Shown piece by piece: positions 51,101-64,000 of a DNA stretch of 64,000 bases. The notes below the pieces were generated by a model. That model had not been told where the DNA came from. It saw only the letters and a program-made list of their open reading frames with translations, and searched no databases. A program made the position numbers and the translations under genes. How positions within the stretch are numbered: position 1 is the stretch's first letter; each line of letters opens with the position of its first letter. This stretch comes from Lytechinus pictus (taxonomy: Eukaryota): positions 12,772,001-12,836,000 of the forward strand of contig NC_087249.1 of NCBI RefSeq assembly GCF_037042905.1, read 5' to 3'.

Positions 51101-52332
51101 GAAATATTTTAATTTTCTCATAGTTGTCATGTAAAAAAGTTTTATTCCTCACTGAACATGTGATATTACAATTGTGTTAACATTTTATGGTTCAGGCAAG
51201 TTGGTCCTTATTGTCAAAGTTATAAAAACGGAAATATACTATAATTTAAACAATCAAAAACAAGAAATATAGTGAGTGAGTGACATCATCGACTCTCTCA
51301 TTTGCATGTGCTGAGATGTGTATATGACTGTTATGAGAAAAATAAGAAAAAATTGAAAATGTCATAGCTTTCTTATCTTACATCCGATTTTGATGAAATT
51401 TTCAGCATTATGCTTGTTTGATATTTTTTTTTTTTGGGGGGGGGGCACATCCTGTCCATGCTCCCCCCCCCTTTGAGAGCCATAATAAAAAAAATTAATG
51501 CGAACACATTATACATACACAAGGGATGACTTTTTTTTGCTTGTCAAATTTTACGTGGACGAAATTACTTTCATTTTTGGGTAAAAACTTTGGGTTTTTT
51601 CTCGTCAAATTTTCCTCGGGAAAATTTGCCCCCCCGCCCGTTTAGGAAAATCCTGGATCGGCCTCTGATTACACATCCTGTTAATCTGTTATTTTATTGA
51701 TAATGATCGGGATATTTTTTTTATGGCAATCGTGTGGTTAACCCTCGGTCATCTGAGACCATACTTTTATGGAGGGCTAGCTGCCATCTCATTCACCCAG
51801 TACATATTCAACCCTACAATAAAACATTTTTCTCGATAAAAATTATTATATTTTGAAATGAGAATTGTAATCATATGCATATATACAATGAATTTGTCAC
51901 GTAGGATTTCACAAAATAGTGTGGACTAAAATTAATATTCCTTCTAAAGTTAAACATGGGTACAATTATCGGAAAATTATGTCTTGCTTTTCTGATTTAA
52001 TTTGACATTACGAACAAAAAAAAAGTATGACTTTCAGAGAGCGACTTTATAGGTAGACTAATTAGTACGCAACTTTCTTTTTAAGTTTATTTTTATCTGG
52101 GCACTGAAGCAGTAGTATCTTGTATAAACATATGAATCATCCTCGCGAGATGTTCGATTTTTTTATAAGATCTATTGATGTTCTGTGCCTTTGCCCATGT
52201 TTGGAAGACATCGGTACCACAGACTGTCGTCACCCCTCGCAGACAATAGGGTCTGGTGACGAAGGTCCGATGGCCATTGTTCGTGATGCGCAAGAGTGGT
52301 CCAAGGCTGGTGACCAGATGGGTCTGGAAGGG

Positions 52333-52368
52333 TATAAATAGGAGCGGAGATGACCAGACTCATCAGAT
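52333..52368 (+). promoter_or_regulatory. TATA box and initiator-like element of gene C
   Basis: TATAAATA (52333-52340), 22 nt, TCAGAT (52363-52368), about 210 nt upstream of the ATG. Confidence 0.65.
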
Positions 52369-52578
52369 ATGGACCAAGAGTCTAACAAGAGAAGAAATCC
52401 AGAAATAAAGAGAAGACATCTTAGAAGAACTCGAGGTTGACGAACAAGACATCAGAAACGAACCAAGAAGGAACAGAGACATTAAGATCGCTATCATACC
52501 TCAAGAAATCAGTTAATCGCTGACACAACTGCAACTTTAGCACTTTTCTATCAAGACACTCCCTAAGAACTCACCGAG

Positions 52579-55500
52579 ATGAAACTTGTACTTTTACTGA
52601 CAGTCCTGGCTGTCATAGCTCAGAGTATATTCGCAGCCCCAACCACTCAGAAAGAAGTTCCTGAGGTAAGTGATACTTTATCGGTTAAAATCGGTGTCAA
52701 TTTTCAACTTAAAAAAAATTCTCTTTACTGACTTTATTTTTATTGATGCTAATTTTTAAAACTCTAGTCTACCCAGTTGGGGTTGACTTGAAGGATACCA
52801 AAGGTTGCCAAATTATGTTTATTCCCTAGACAAGTGAATTATGTGATTTTCGTATTAGTCTTGCGCAAAGAACACCAGGGCCCCGTCTTACAAAGAGTTA
52901 CGATTGATCCAATCAATCGTAACTCTATATAAATCCATCAAAGTCATAATTTTTTTCTACAGGAAATTTGCAAAACGTCCTTTGTAAACAAAGGAGAACA
53001 CACAAAATTGTCAAGAAATCAATGAATTTATCGATTTACATTCATATTTAGAAATTTTTTGAACAAACATGCATTGTATATGTTGACTTTGCTGGCTTTC
53101 CATAGTTGCAATTGATCGGATCAATTGCAACTCTTTGTAAGATGGGCCCCTGGTTCCAGTTGTCAAGAGTCAGCAGTTCTGCTGCTCGACCAGTTGTCAC
53201 ACTGCAGAGTGGATTATGTTTTTTGGGTAGTTCGTTAACTCCTACAAATATCACCTAAGGCACTGGAATTCAAAATAAATTTAAACATTTACAAATTTAT
53301 ATTACTAGCATATTTACTAAGTTTAAAATGTCAATTCGGTTTTATCAAAGATGTTGGACAAATGGTGCGAAGACTGACAACGTGAGTTCATAATTTTGAA
53401 TACATGAAGTATATAAATCAATATAATAAGACATTATCCATCGACAGTATTTATAAACATAGTATATGAAAATGTTCGATTACAAAATAACATAACTGAT
53501 TGATAACAAATGATTTGTCAATTGCGTTGTAGGAGATGCCTCCTCCTAAGAAACCGCAGGACAGCGTCCCACAACATCACGAACCCATCGATGAGGATCC
53601 GACTCCTGGGGCCTTTCAAGGAGACATGATGTTAACAGTAGATCAACTGAGACAAATCGAAGAGGCTATCGATGATCAGAAGGCTGGTCGTAAGAAGAGA
53701 AAAGCTGTCATCAATGAGAATGCTCGTTGGCCCTCCAACATCGTTCCTTATGAAATCTCGCCATCTTCAAGTAAGTCTTGACAATCTTGTGTTTTTATCA
53801 AACGTCAAGCATCTTTAAATATTTATGTTTATAGAATAAATGCTACTGAGCAAAACATCAAACGTAGCATTGAATGAAGTAAACTAAGAAGTACTTTCAG
53901 ATACTAAAAGAAAAACATCATCAAATAATCATATTGATGAAGGAAGTGCAATTTCTTTGAAATCACTCTTCAAATTACTTCTTCAAACTATATAGTATGG
54001 AATATCGAATGTAGTTGCTGATAATAAGTTTCAATTTTCTTTCCAATTTCATTAGGTGGTGATAGCCAGGTGATTCGTGCAGCCATGGACCACTGGGAAC
54101 AACATACATGTTTGAGATTCGAACCACGAACTTCCTCACATGCCAGTGACCTAGACCATAACACATATCTTTCATTCATCAAGGGTGGTGGTTGCTGGTC
54201 CTTTGTAGGAAGGGTCTTTAATGGCGAACAACAGATATCCATCGGATCAGGATGTGAATACGTAAGTCCTCTATACATTTTTCACAAGATATTCTCGAAA
54301 AAGAAGAACTCACAATAAAGGCAATTGTGTAAAAAAGTGAGACAGTATATAGATAACAGATTTTCCAAATTACTTTTTCTAATATATGTTTTACTTTGAA
54401 ATGCAAAACAAAAGATGTGATAGAAAAATAATTTCGTAATATTTGACAAAATAAATAAAAATGACTTTGTGTTCTTTCTAATAACAGCTTGGTATAGTCG
54501 CTCACGAGATCGGACACGCCATCGGGTTCCATCACGAACAATCTCGACCAGACAGAGACGACTACATCAATGTCCACTTTGAAAACATCCAATCTGGCTT
54601 GGAAGGCAACTTCCAAAAGTATGACTGGAATTCTGTGACGACACGCAACGTCGAGTACGACATCGGCTCCGTCATGCACTATGGCTCACATGTAAGAAAA
54701 GTTATGTCATTATTATTAGCATTAGCTCGGTCTGGATTCTTCTACTACATAATGTCAACATTTTACGTGGAACATATTAATATTTCTTGAGGATATTTTG
54801 TGTACTAGAAACCAGATCAACTCAATAAAATATAAGAAGTTTGATACAAATACAAAAGAATTAGTATGGATTATGAACCAATGAATATTAAAATCAGGAA
54901 CAAACAATCCCATTCTGATCTGCTCCTTTGACAAAGTGTTGAAAATATTGGCGATTATAAGATCGTGGACTGGATCAGAATTATTAACATGTCATTTTTA
55001 AAATTAATCTTACCTTAATTACTTCATTACATTGATAACGATTTGATTTCATTCTCTTTCTGTTCCAGGGATTCTCAAGAAATGGTCTTCCAACCATCAC
55101 CACCATCGATCCTCTTCAGATGCATCTCCTTGGTAACCGAGCTGGTCTTAGTAACGCCGACATCACCCTAGCAAACCTCATCTACGAGTGCGACAATGAA
55201 TGTTCGGACTCTGAGCAATGTCAGAACGGAGGATACCATGATACTAACTGTATCTGTGTATGTCCTCCAGGTTACAGCGGTGACTTGTGTCAGGATGGAA
55301 GTGGACCTACCACTACACCACCATGTTACCAAAGATTGACGGATACACAGGGAGAGATTACGTCACCAAACTACCCCAGTAACTATGACAACGACCAGGA
55401 ATGCATGTACCTTATTGAGGTGAGATTTTAAATCCATCTATATATATTTTACAAATCATTTCCATCTTCTTAATCAGTTCAATACGAATTGAATCATTAT

Positions 55501-56846
55501 TCAACAAATAGTTTATCTATTCCAATTTTACAATATACTGTATATTTTATAAAACATTTAGCGTTTTACAGCTTATTGAGAAATCTTACTATCAACTCCA
55601 AATGATTTGTTCATCGTTCAAAATATGACTTAGCATTTATGAATAAAGTATGTTCTACAGAATTATAAGAATATTATAATATTATTATTTTTTCTTCTTT
55701 ACTTATCATTTAAACAGGGAGTTGCAGGAAGTACGATTGAACTGACATTCGTCGACATGGACATCGAAAACGAGAACCTCTGTCGCTACGACTCCGTCGA
55801 GGTTCGCAAAGACGATATCAACGCCATCGGAGAGAAGTTCTGTGGAAGCACCTTACCTCCTGTCCAGATCTCTAGTAGCAACCAGATGTTGGTTTCTTTC
55901 ACATCTGATTACAGCATCACTGGGCGTGGTTTCAAAGCTACTTACGTCATCCAGGGTGTTCCTACGACTGAGGCACCAACTACCACCCCTGAAACAACTA
56001 CTAATCCTCCTGTAGTCGGAACATGTGGAGGAAGCTTTGATGACAACCAAGGTTCATTAGCATCACCAAACTATCCCGAAAATTACAGTTGTAATCTTCG
56101 GTGTGTCTACGTGATCGAAGTGGAGGCTGATCGTCGGGTTGAGCTGACATTCGCAGATTTCTCGCTGGAGAATCAGAGTACCTGCCGATGGGACGCACTG
56201 GAGATCGATCTCGGAGATGGTGTCAAAGTTCCTATGAAGTAAGTCTAACAGCAGTATTTTATTTAAACCCTCTAAAACAGCATGCCATGTATTTAAAAGA
56301 ATAAAAAATATCTCATGACACAAAGAATGTTTCGTTTTAAAGATCCGATGAGATAAAAGAAAGTGTTAATGGATGATTTCAAGTTCAGCGTTGACCTTTT
56401 GGTGTTGGTGTTATGCTCGCTGTGTAAAATAATGATCATTATTTTACACAGCGAGCATAACACCAAACGTAACACGAAGACGGTCCTGAAAAGTCATTCA
56501 CTAGTCGTTGAGGTGTCAATAATGTGATCTGGACCAGTTTTACAAACTCAGAATAGGTTTTGGAGCTGGAGGAAGCAATTCAAATTGAGTTTCCAACACC
56601 AACACCGGACATAAATCACCTAATGTGTTTGTTGTTTGACCAGTCTTAACTTTTCACCACGAACGAATAAATAATGTTTCTTCTTCTCCTCTTTTCTCTT
56701 TACCTTTTCTCTCCAGGATGTGTGGAAGTGAGTATCCAGCCGCTTCTCTGGTGTCAATCGGTAACAGGATGGAACTGACACTGAATACAGATGGATCTGT
56801 CACCGATCGGGGCTTTTTGGCGAGATATCGCGCAATTGAACTGTAA
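52579..56846 (+). CDS. SpAN/BP10-like astacin metalloprotease, paralog C, 578 aa
   Basis: Exons 52579-52665, 53533-53770, 54056-54261, 54488-54691, 55069-55419, 55718-56238, 56717-56846 (1737 nt, GT-AG). Same domain order, with [12 protein letters not shown] and SVMHY; exons 2-6 nearly identical to paralog A. Confidence 0.93.
52880..53150. mobile_element. Harbinger-like MITE in gene C intron 1
   Basis: GGCCCCGTCTTACAAAGAG...CTCTTTGTAAGATGGGCC with CAG/CTG-like flanks. Confidence 0.75.
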
Positions 56847-57984
56847 GACTATACCTTGCCTGTAAACAAGAAACAAGAAAGTTGTACTGCATTGACATTA
56901 ATAATGTTGGCCATCCAAGACTAGACATCTCCTAAAGGCGACATGAACGTTAAGATTTTCCCTTGATTTTGAAGATGTTAAAGTTGGTGTGACGGTTGCA
57001 TGACATTTGCTCCGACGACAATTGCTCCGAAGGAAAATCTGCACATTAAGTCAAACATAAAACCTTACTTTTAAAACTACATGTAAATAAACCCTAATCA
57101 TTATCTTTACATTATTCTGAACCAAAAAAGACTATCACAATCCTAGCTCTAACCCTATACCCTCTGAGATATTCATACCGGAGCAATTGTCACAGGAACA
57201 AATGTCGTGTCAACGGTGTGACACCGAGTGAGGTATACATCTAAAGGTGACCGCACACCTTGCGATCGGTCTGCGACCCGATTTTGGAATAACACGTAGT
57301 ATAATTTGATGCTAATATTGAGACATGGAATATCTTACTGTGTAATGTTCGAAATCGTTGTACGATTACATATGTTCAAATCTGTGAATATGCTATCATC
57401 CTTCTTAGAATAAAAACAAATTTAATATCTAGTCGCAATGACGTCATAGCAGTCGTACGATTGGCTACGATTTGAAACTAAATTGGCCTTTACTCCAAAA
57501 TAAAGGCTTGCAATCTTTCAAAATGATTATAATAGTATTCTTTCAATTAATTTCAATTGTAATGAAATGATATGTTCCATTCATATTCTCAGAAAATTAG
57601 CAAAATGCGATTTGTTCCAAAATCGGATCGCGAGCAGTCGTAAGGTGTGCGGTGGCCTTAACAGAGTTATAAGTCTTTCCTGTGTATCATCACGAATCAA
57701 GAAAATTACGCAGTAAAGAAAAAAATGATGAATGCTAAAATCATAGCCAAACAACTTTGCATTATGTCTACAAGCGTGACAAGTTTAACTTTTAAATACG
57801 CGATAAATATTCAACATTTTTTACTCTTTGTTTTGTTCAATACAAAGGAATTTGGTGCTTGATATTTCCCTCTATTGTTGTATTTAAATTCTCCTTCATA
57901 TTTTTTATAATAATAGCAAAGCCAATGATATGTTGCAATAAAATGCCAAAAATGATATACTGTATTATTAATAAGAAACATAAA

Positions 57985-58638
57985 CCGGCTGGTACGGCGG
58001 GAAAAGATACAGATGAAATATTGATACCTTTTATCTATTTATATTTTTATCATGCGCATATTAACTTATATGTTATATATTTGCAATATACTTGTAACTC
58101 ATAAGTATAGTCATACCACTGCTATGATTATTAGAAAGTTATTATACTTATTACATATACAACATATCGGATATTTTTCGTTTTTTTTATTTTAGAATTA
58201 TTTTAATTGTATGAATTCACTTCCACAATGTTTTGATAAACATAAAGGTTAATGTGAATAATACGACGGCTAGCTAAGCACTTCTGTCATTTCGACATGC
58301 GACCATTAAACAGGAACAAAAGTATTTATATAATTCGAACGTCTAAAAATAAAATTTTAATGCGCTGTAATTTGCCAATCAAAGGAGGATTGACTAAAAT
58401 GACCTAATTTTAATCATAATTAGGTCATTTTGTGTTTGACGCATCTCCGAAAAGTGCTCAAAATTGACCACACATCTGGAATGTTTTCTAATTTTTGTCG
58501 GACACAGTCATATTCACCACTACATTGATAACGTTTAGGATATTATTTATTTATGATAAAGTAAGATGATCTTTGTTGTTGTAAATGATGATGTGTTTTC
58601 CGTCTGGTACGGCTGGATAAGACACGCATAAAATAAAA
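57985..58638 (+). promoter_or_regulatory. SRE-like hairpins and poly(A) signal in the putative 3' UTR of gene C
   Basis: CCGG-CTGGT-ACGG (57985-57997, closing mismatch), ACAT-CTGGA-ATGT (58472-58484), CCGT-CTGGT-ACGG (58600-58612); AATAAA at ~58632-58637. Confidence 0.6.
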
Positions 58639-61600
58639 TACTTATATTATCAAAATCATGCGTTTGTTCCCATTTTGAATTGTGTGATAAAAAGAAATAT
58701 GCGGGGGGTATAAGATAAATAAAAAAAATAGATGAAAAGGAGAGGGGAAGAGAGAGAAGGGTGGGAAGAGAGTTGAAATGATAGACAATTTAAAAGTAGG
58801 GGGATAGATAGAAAGAGAGAAGAGATAAAGAGGGGGAGAGGGAGAGAAGGGTGTGAGGAGAGTTGAAATGATGGATAATTTAAAAGTAGAGGGGGATAGA
58901 AAGAGAGAGAGAGAGAGAAAGATAGAAGAGATAAAGGAGGAGAGAGAGAAGGGTGTGAGGAGAGTTGAAATGATAGAGAAAAGTGGAGAGAGTGAAAAAA
59001 GTAAGAGAAAGAAAGAGAAAATGTGAGATAAATAGAAACAAAAGAAAATTGACAAGTTTAACACAAATATTAAAATATGATTTATTCCACCTAAATCCAC
59101 CAAAGCTTCCAACTGTTTTATATTTTACAAAATAATGAAATGATAATTGACCAAAATAAACAAGTAAAGGGGGAGATTTTTTTACCATTAATGATAATGA
59201 TCATAATAATGATCATTATTACGAAAAGTCGAAACAATAGTGAAATTATCATATTTATGATGATGATTATTGCCATTTGCACTACTTAAACTAAAGGTAA
59301 ATTAATCAAACTATAATTTTTTACTGCTCGATTGCTTTTCTCTCTCAAATTCTTATTTCCGTCAGAATATAATGATTTCGCACTTTTATCAATAATTGTA
59401 AATATGTTATCTCATGAAATTAGGTTTAAAATTGAAAAAAGGAAGATCTGTTGCAAAACTACGGGGGAGCACGGAGGCACGTGCCCCCAATCTGCTGGCA
59501 AAAAAATCCGAGGAAAAAGGGGAAAAGAGAGAAACGGAACGAGAGACATAGATGAAAAAGCAAAAAAGGATATATTAGAAAGAATATATATTTTTTAATT
59601 GCAATAAGTATTTATTCATGTTGGTTTCAAATATGTAATAGAAACGCTACATTTTACGATTTGTACTAATTTTTTAAGGCTAAATTTCATGCTATCTGTA
59701 TGAGTTTTGTACTTTTGTTGGAAACAAGTGGTTATTCTTCGCCGCTTTCGGTCTTAATACAAAAAAGATTAAGCTCGCACTTCGCATCATATTTTTGGAT
59801 TAGTGAAATACGTATTTTCTTTATGAATTCCTACAGAGGGTCCTTAGAATGTTACCTTTTCAGGTCTCAATATCCAACATTTTCCAGCTCGCGCTTCCTG
59901 TTTGCAATACTTGATTCGTGAGATAGGAATCATGTTCATGATTAAAAAAAAGTGTAAAAAAATTTCCTGTTTTAGGTCTAAATGTAAAAAAAAAAAAAAA
60001 AAAAAAAACGAGCTCGCGCTTTGGCGCTCGCATGAGATTCTTATGCTAAGATATATATGCTCTGCATGAATTCCTAAAAAGAATCCCCTTTTCATGTCAA
60101 TAATTTCAGCTCATGCTTCGCGCTCACATGGTTTGATTGAGAGACATTAATGTTTTTCGTGAATTCCTAAAAACATGTCCTCAAAATGTTAATTTTTCGG
60201 ATCAATATAAATGAAAATTCTAGCTGGCGCTGGCATTGTTTGCTTAATAAGAAACGTAGCGGGTGTTCAAAGATTTGCATAATTATGAGGTCCCGTTATC
60301 AGGTCTGAACCTAAAAAAATCAGTTCGCGCTTCGCGACCACGTTATTTGATTAGTGAGATAGTGTTCTTTCCATGAATTTCTACCAACAGCCCTTCTTTT
60401 CAGGTCACTTACCTCGCGCGCTCAATAAATGATTCAAATTTTGCTTTTGCTCCCCAATGATGTGACCCACGATACGCCAGTGATTACAAATATAATTTAC
60501 CTTTCGAGATCCTGTGCATGTAAGGATTTCAGATTTGAAAGCGCAAAAGAGAAAGAGAAAATTGTCATATTTTGGGTACATATTTCAATCCAATTCAATT
60601 CTTTCATTCCATTTCCATTCAAAACATAATACAAAGTAATATAAAGTAATACAAATCAAATACAATTTTACAGACGAGCATTCTTACTTAATAAAACAAA
60701 ACAAAAAACATTATAATATTGAGCATAAATGGAAATGAGGGGGGTTCACTAAAAAGCAAAGCTTTTTAAGTGTGGATACCCATTGGAAATAAAGAAAATA
60801 TAATCGACTTATTCATATATGCGTTCATATACAGGAAAGAAAAAAGAGAAGGAACAAAAAGGTCGAAATCATATTGATGTAAGCGTAATTACAGAACAAG
60901 TGCAAAGTTATTCACACAAAGAGGCCTTCGCTGTTAAGGATATGTTGCGCAATAGACAGAAGAAAAAGCAGAGAGAGAGAGATAGGAAATGACAAGACAT
61001 AGAAGACAAGACAAAAGAAGAGACAGGACAGTACAAGACATGATAACATAATAAGTAACAAAAAATTAAAAGGAGGAAAAGTCAGAACGGGGAAGGGCTG
61101 ACCACAAACCGTCTGTAGTATGGATGTGTCCATAAATGCGTTTCTATCATGATTTCAGGATTTCATGAATTCGTTCTAAGAAAAAAAAATAATGGTCGAC
61201 CATGAAGAATGGGTCAGCATTTACCTCCCCAAAATATAAGAAAATAAAATATATAGAAAATTATGGCTATGTGGGCGGATCATTTGCTTTTAGACGGGTT
61301 GGTCGTCCACGCTTTTTAGCGCCGCTTTGGGTGTACCCATTTGTCTCTACAATTTTAGAATTTTCTCTAGTTTTGTTACTTTGCTCCCGTAGATGAATAT
61401 CTCGTTTTATGATCTTGGCTTTCTTTTAAGTAGGCTTTTCTAAAGGGATTGAACATTTGAAAGGTAATAGTACAATTGTTTAAATTTTGCTCGCTATCGC
61501 AAGTTTTGGTCCTTTCTTGCTAACTGCGACCCACAAAACGAGATCTGTGGATCGGTAGGCCAGCAGCCTTTGCAGAAGTTGAATACTATCTGGAATATAG

Positions 61601-61740
61601 CGTCCAGGGCGTTTCATAAAGCTCTTCATAAGTTAAGAGTGACTTAAAGAACGCATGACCCCCTTTCTTGTGGGAAATGATATTCGCCATTAAATGTTAA
61701 TTGGTAATTATTTAGAGCGTAAGAAAGAAGTTAGTTGCTC

Positions 61741-62230
61741 TTAAAGGACAAGTCTACCCCAACAAAAAAATGATTTGAAAAAAAAGGAGAAAAACCCAAC
61801 AAGCAAAAAACTGAAAATTTCATCAAAATCGGATGTAAAATAAGAAAGTTATGACATTTTAAACTTTCGCTTAATTTCACAAACAGTTATATGCACATCC
61901 TGGTCGGTATGCAAATCGGCAGACTGATGACGTCACCCACTCACTATTTTTTTTTGTATTTTATTATATGAAATAGGAAATATTCAAATTTTCTCCTCCT
62001 TGTCAAGTGAAACAAAGTTTTATTTTTCCCTCAACATGTGCAATTACCATTATTTTAACAGTTTATGGTTAAGTTAAGTTGGTCCATATTGTCAAATCTG
62101 TAAAAATTGAAATATTGTATTATTCAAACAATAAAAAACAAAAGAAATAGTGAGTGATGGACATTATCGACTCTCTCATTTGCATATCGCTGAGTTGCGC
62201 ATTGAACTATTTTGTGAAAAATAAGCGAAA
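61741..62230. mobile_element. Kolobok-like MITE, one end truncated
   Basis: Starts TTAAAGGACAAGTCTACCCC; internal sequence matches the 31593 and 32707 copies. Confidence 0.7.
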
Positions 62231-62489
62231 GAGATTTAGTTAGAAGAAAGTAATATTCCCCTTAAGAAATAAAAGTATAAAAAATGTATTCATGTAAAAT
62301 CACATCCATGCATATTTATAACACATAAGTCTATGAGGTGTTTTAAAACACGTTTTTTTTTAATCATCCTGCCCTGTAGGCGAAAATTTCTACAGTTGTT
62401 TTATTCACCTTGTATTTCTTTATACTACCACAACCGACCCAGGACCTTCATTTTTATTCTTGTCTTTATATATATATATGTATATATAT

Positions 62490-62971
62490 ATCACTCCAGT
62501 TCTCAAGGAATTACACTGGCTGCCTGTTAGGCAAAGACTTACATACAAAGTTCTTTCCTTTGTCTTTAAACTTAAAACCAACCAGACACCAGTGTACCTA
62601 TCAAATCTTCTGGAGGTGAAGAGATCATGTAGACCCGGTCTTCGTTCAGGGAATGTTCACCAGTTCCAACAAGTTAGAGTGAAGAGGTCCTGGGGTGACA
62701 GATCTTTTTCCGTTGCTGGTCCCCGTTTGTGGAATTCATTCCCATCGGACATTAAGTCATGCCAGTCGAGAGGACTATTCCACAACAAATTGAAGACTTA
62801 CCTCATGAGGGAAGCATTTGTATGATAAGGCCTACTTGTTATTTTGACTACCAACTGATTGCGTATTTTTTCTTGTCAATTTGTTCGATTTTTGTGTATT
62901 TATTAATTTTATTTCTGTTTTATATAAGTAGTTAATTGTGCGCCTTGAGTGCCATCGACAGATATGTGCGC
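62490..62971 (+). mobile_element. 5'-truncated L2/CR1-group non-LTR retrotransposon 3' end
   Basis: ITPVLKELHWLPV...GDRSFSVAGPRLWNSFP...KLKTYL* is the typical post-RT C-terminus; followed by a 3' UTR-like tail running into a gap. Confidence 0.8.
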
Positions 62972-63284
62972 NNNNNNNNNNNNNNNNNNNNNNNNNNNNN
63001 NNNNNNNNNNNNNNNNNNNNNNNNNNNNNNNNNNNNNNNNNNNNNNNNNNNNNNNNNNNNNNNNNNNNNNNNNNNNNNNNNNNNNNNNNNNNNNNNNNNN
63101 NNNNNNNNNNNNTGCACAACGTGTGTTGCAGCGCGTCATGTTCTATGTATAGGCGTGAAATAATCCAGGCATTGACGCTAGACGTAGCTTTCAAGGTATC
63201 TCATCTAATGCTAGCTGTCGGCCTGTAGGGCCTTCATCAGGCCTATATGTATTGAAAAAAACAAAATAGAACAAAACCATAGGT

Positions 63285-64000
63285 AAACCCAAGGCACCGC
63301 CATGGGTACGCCCGTGGCCCATCCATATGCTAACATATTCATGGGTACACTTGAAGAAAAACTACTCCATGGACAAAAATCCATCCTGAACGGCTCTTGG
63401 AAGAGAAATATCGACGATATATTTTTTTTATTTGGACTGCATCCCTCGACTTCTCACTAAATTCCAAAATGATACCAACTCCCTCCACCCACAATTGAAT
63501 TTACGTTTGAAGCATCCCGCTCTGAAGTCCCTTTCCTTGACACAACTGTAAGAATTGACAATAACTTAATAGAAACCGACCTACACATCAAACACACGGA
63601 CTCCCAGGCTTATCTCCTCCCATCTTCCTGTCATCCCCCTCACATCTTCAACAGCATCCCTTACAATTAATCAAGCACCCGCATCACACGTAACTGCTTC
63701 CAACCCATCCGCCACGATTTCCACCTCAATACACTCCGCCCCGCACTTCGCACAACGTTATTACGACCCCAAACACACTCCTAAACAAATCGACCGCGCA
63801 CGCCAAATTCCACGTGACCAATTACTTAAAAACACCCCTTCCTCCCGAACCCCCTAGTAGTTACCTATGACCCCATCACAGCTAAAATCCCTCGAATCAT
63901 CCACAAACACAACCCAACATTATCAGAAAACCAGCTTCTTCACGCCACCTTCCAGGACCCCCCATGGTGGCCTTCAGGAGAGCCCGAACCAAAACACAAC
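63285..64000 (+). mobile_element. Degenerate Penelope-like element reverse transcriptase fragment
   Basis: QGTAMGTPVAHPYANIFMG, WKRNIDDIFF (frameshift) IW, VPFLDT, DLHIKHTDSQAYL..SSCHPPH; contains stops and frameshifts and follows a gap. Confidence 0.8.

Noticed and set aside
53533-56238. Gene C as an assembly duplicate or allele of gene A
   Set aside because: Different exon 1, exon 7, UTRs and largely diverged introns indicate a true paralog.

Overview
AT-rich, intron-containing animal DNA. The proteins point to a sea urchin (echinoid), but the species cannot be fixed from sequence alone. Left half: an 8-coding-exon RGP1 gene on the minus strand (RAB6A-GEF partner, 389 aa; CDS 17169->9388). 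Its last 250 bp are tandemly duplicated, and the second copy still looks constrained in the RGP1 frame although it lies beyond the stop codon. Right half: a cluster of SpAN/BP10-type blastula astacin metalloproteases (signal peptide, prodomain, astacin, EGF, CUB, Thr-rich linker, CUB; 7 coding exons each). These are gene A (minus, 29958->25475), gene B (plus, 41429-48160, most SpAN-like), gene C (plus, 52579-56846) and a truncated fourth copy (about 22590-23572). A and C are near-identical in exons 2-6 but diverged in their introns, and exon 7 is a mosaic among the paralogs. The most striking unannotated signal is a set of 4-bp-stem, CNGGN-loop hairpins matching the Smaug/SAMD4 recognition element consensus, on the sense strand of the putative 3' UTRs of A, C and the remnant. 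The rest is MITEs (Harbinger-, Kolobok-, hAT- and Helentron-like), mini/microsatellites, a duplicated tRNA-like Pol III unit, L2-type and Penelope-like retroelement fragments, and three N gaps. Exon boundaries and difference counts were derived by hand; repeat boundaries are approximate.
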